Source: Octopus sinensis
Lineage: Eukaryota
NCBI RefSeq assembly: GCF_006345805.1
Contig: NC_043013.1
Coordinates: 26,846,001-26,910,000, forward strand
Direction of reading: 5' to 3'
DNA length: 64,000 nt
Part shown: one piece after another, positions 61,803 to 64,000 of the stretch
Layout: each line of letters opens with the position of its first letter
Numbering within the stretch: position 1 is the stretch's first letter
Notes under the pieces: generated by a model
Databases searched by the model: none
What the model saw: the letters and a program-made list of their open reading frames with translations, nothing else
What the model was told of the DNA's origin: nothing
Translations under genes and position numbers: made by a program

Positions 61803-63370
61803 TGTTTCTTTATTAGCCACACAGGGCTGCACACAGATAGAACAAATTACAAGGTAGAGCTTTTCTTTTGAAGGTTTTAAAAAAAAAAAATAAAAAATAA
61901 AAAAATAAATAAATAAATAATAATAATATAATAATAATAAAATAAAAAAATAAAATAAAATAAAAAAGGGGGGGTCGATCAAAAGGGATCGTAAAAGGAG
62001 AGAAGGAGGACAAAAAAAGGGGGGGTTAAAAAAAAAGGGGGAGAGGAAAAAAAATTGATCAATAGGGATCGTTATCACAGAAATGTCAATATGAAGTGTA
62101 AAGGGGAGGACAGGTGAGGTTTACCGTGGAAAGAAAAGCCTACGGAAAAGACCACGGTAACCTCGGTCAATGAAGTCACATGTTATATTTCTTTTTTTTT
62201 TTTTGCAAATAAGCAACTCTCTGTATTAATTTTTACGGTTCATAGAATCATAGTCAAGGTGGCTTCGTCATTCATACGTGCCATCCTTGCTACATTCACC
62301 CATCTTTTTTTAAAACATTCACTAGACAAAACTTGCCTCTCTACTCTCACTTTTTTCTTCAAGTGATACTTGAAGAAGTTGATGAGAGATTGACCAGAGA
62401 GGAAAGTGTTTGTCTCTAATCCTTTCAGACGCGTCCACCAGATACATTCTTTCGCCATAGCCACAAGTATGATAAAAATAGCTCTTCCTTCCCGTTTGAA
62501 GGAAGGAGGCGTGACGATATTAACGATAGACTCGGCGGATAAACCGACACGTCCCATACGTGACAGCAGTCGTTCGACATAAGCCCACAGGTGGGAAATT
62601 GCTGGACACTGCACGATTGCGTGCAGAGCGGTTTTGTCGCTCTGCCCGCATCTCGGGCAGGTCGGCCCCGTGTTTCTCGAGCCATGCCTATAGAGCTTAT
62701 CCCGAACGGGTAGCGCTTCTCGGTAGCACCGCCAGGCCAGGGATCTCTGGAAGTTGTCCATAGGTCCCGGGCCGAAAGTCGTTTGAAACAGGCGGGTCAG
62801 GTATTCCTCGTCGACGCCCAGGTTTGCCCCGAGCTCGTCGTCGTACCTCCCCTCCACTAATCCCCTATAGAATACTTTGGTTGTGTTGAAGTCACTCAAG
62901 GTCGACCCAGGACGGCAGAGTTGCTTGAGAGCAACGCGACACTCGCGGTGCCATTCGCCCTTCTTCGGCCTCTTTTTGATCCACGACTGTAGTTCGGTCA
63001 TGGAGACGAGTTGCGGGAATGCGTGCCTCACAAACGGCGACCACACCTGTTCACCGTCGTCTACATAGAGCCGGAGATGTCGCAGTCTCAGCGCGTGTCT
63101 GCGCATCATCAACCACGGCATGCCCAGCCCTCCTTTTAACGGGTGTTGACAGCAAATGGATCGCCTGACCATCGGGACGCATCCTTTCCACAAGAAGCGG
63201 AAGAGGATGCGTTCTAGTTTGGTGATGGTAGGGTCGGGACAAGGTACGACGGTCAGGCGGTAGTAGATGATGGACGCGATGTACGCGTTCACCACCTCCG
63301 CCCGACCTTTTAGGGACAGTTTCCTCTCGGCCCATTGCTGGGCGAGAGTGACCACCCTACTCGTTATCTC
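61803..63370 (-). mobile_element. Young 5'-truncated Tx1/L1-clade LINE inserted in (GATA)n
   Basis: Frame open from the truncation point to the stop at 62240. zf-RVT-like SLAWRCYREALPVRDKL and CPRC...H...C knuckle. The 3' UTR ends AATAAAGAAACA joined to (TATC)n. Confidence 0.93.
62240..63370 (-). pseudogene. C-terminal part of Tx1-like ORF2 (post-RT region and zinc knuckle)
   Basis: 371-aa ORF with no stops; clearly homologous to 34307-34891. Confidence 0.9.
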
Positions 63371-63385
63371 GATAGATAGATAGAG

Positions 63386-63434
<49 letters not shown>
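63371..63434. repeat. (GATA)n array, right flank of the Tx1 element
   Basis: Directly visible. Confidence 0.97.
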
Positions 63435-63439
63435 TATGT

Positions 63440-63690
63440 GTATACTCATGTCCTGTTATCATATCATGATCGTAAATGAGCATCACCATCATACAAGCAA
63501 GGTTATTTGTTTCCTGTCTTCCATGAAAAACATGTCTAGCCATGAGGAAACATTACCTAGTTTGGAAACAGGTGAGGGTTGGTGACAGGAAGGGCACCCA
63601 GCTGTAGAAAACCGGCCTCAACAAATTCCTTCAGAACCATGCAAGCATGGGAAGCCAGACATTAAATGCTGCTGCTGCTGCTGATGGTGG
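63440..63690 (+). mobile_element. SINE-C 3' module (RTE-type tail)
   Basis: CATACAAGC...GGAAACAGGTGAGGGTTGGTGACAGGAAGGGCACCCAGCTGTAGAAAA...CATGCAAGCATGG. Confidence 0.8.
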
Positions 63691-64000
63691 TGGTGGTGGT
63701 GGCGGCGGCGGCGGTGGTGGTGGTGGTGGTGGTGGTGGTGGGGTGGTGGTGGTGGTGGCGGTGGTGGTGGCAGCAGAGGTGGCAGTAATAACATACATAA
63801 AGTAACTAAATTGCTTTAAAACAGAGATAGATGTATGCATTGCATTTGGCTTCAAAGGAATACACATTCAATAATTATAGTACATCAAAAATATTGAAGG
63901 ATTTTTTTTTTTGAAACATCCTGTCTTTTTCCAACCTTGCATCATACCAATGAACGAGAGGCAACACACAACCATACTGCAGTACAGTGATTCTAAACAT

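Noticed and set aside
62425-63335. Plus-strand ORFs overlapping the Tx1 element
   Set aside because: Antisense shadows of a GC-rich ORF.

Overview
Eukaryotic, AT-rich window almost entirely made of transposon relics and simple repeats. The repeat repertoire and microsatellite density suggest a coleoid cephalopod, probably Octopus (inference). No host protein-coding gene is recognisable: nearly all listed ORFs are microsatellite read-throughs, and the protein-like ones are decayed transposon ORFs. These are RTE-clade LINEs (2134-3810, 14189-15257, 1480-1838), Tx1/L1-clade LINEs (33345-34930, 61803-63370), R4/Dong-like RLE fragments (28025-28635, 29185-29668), a DD34D mariner (5969-7254, fragment 24860-25558) and a DD37D maT element (12797-14091). 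There are also TTAA piggyBac-type MITEs and dozens of tRNA-derived SINEs. The family labels SINE-A to SINE-D are my working names. Best leads: (1) several minimal type I hammerhead ribozyme motifs with palindromic stem III in Penelope/retrozyme-like remnants; (2) a young Tx1-like element inserted inside a (GATA)n array; (3) a TAA-anchored nest where R4/Dong-like elements abut SINE-B (ATT)n tails; (4) a PHD finger inside an RTE reverse transcriptase; (5) modular SINEs that swap 3' modules at an internal microsatellite; (6) two long near-perfect hairpins; (7) weak candidate plus-strand micro-exons. All coordinates and counts were read by eye, SINE boundaries are approximate, and no searches were run.
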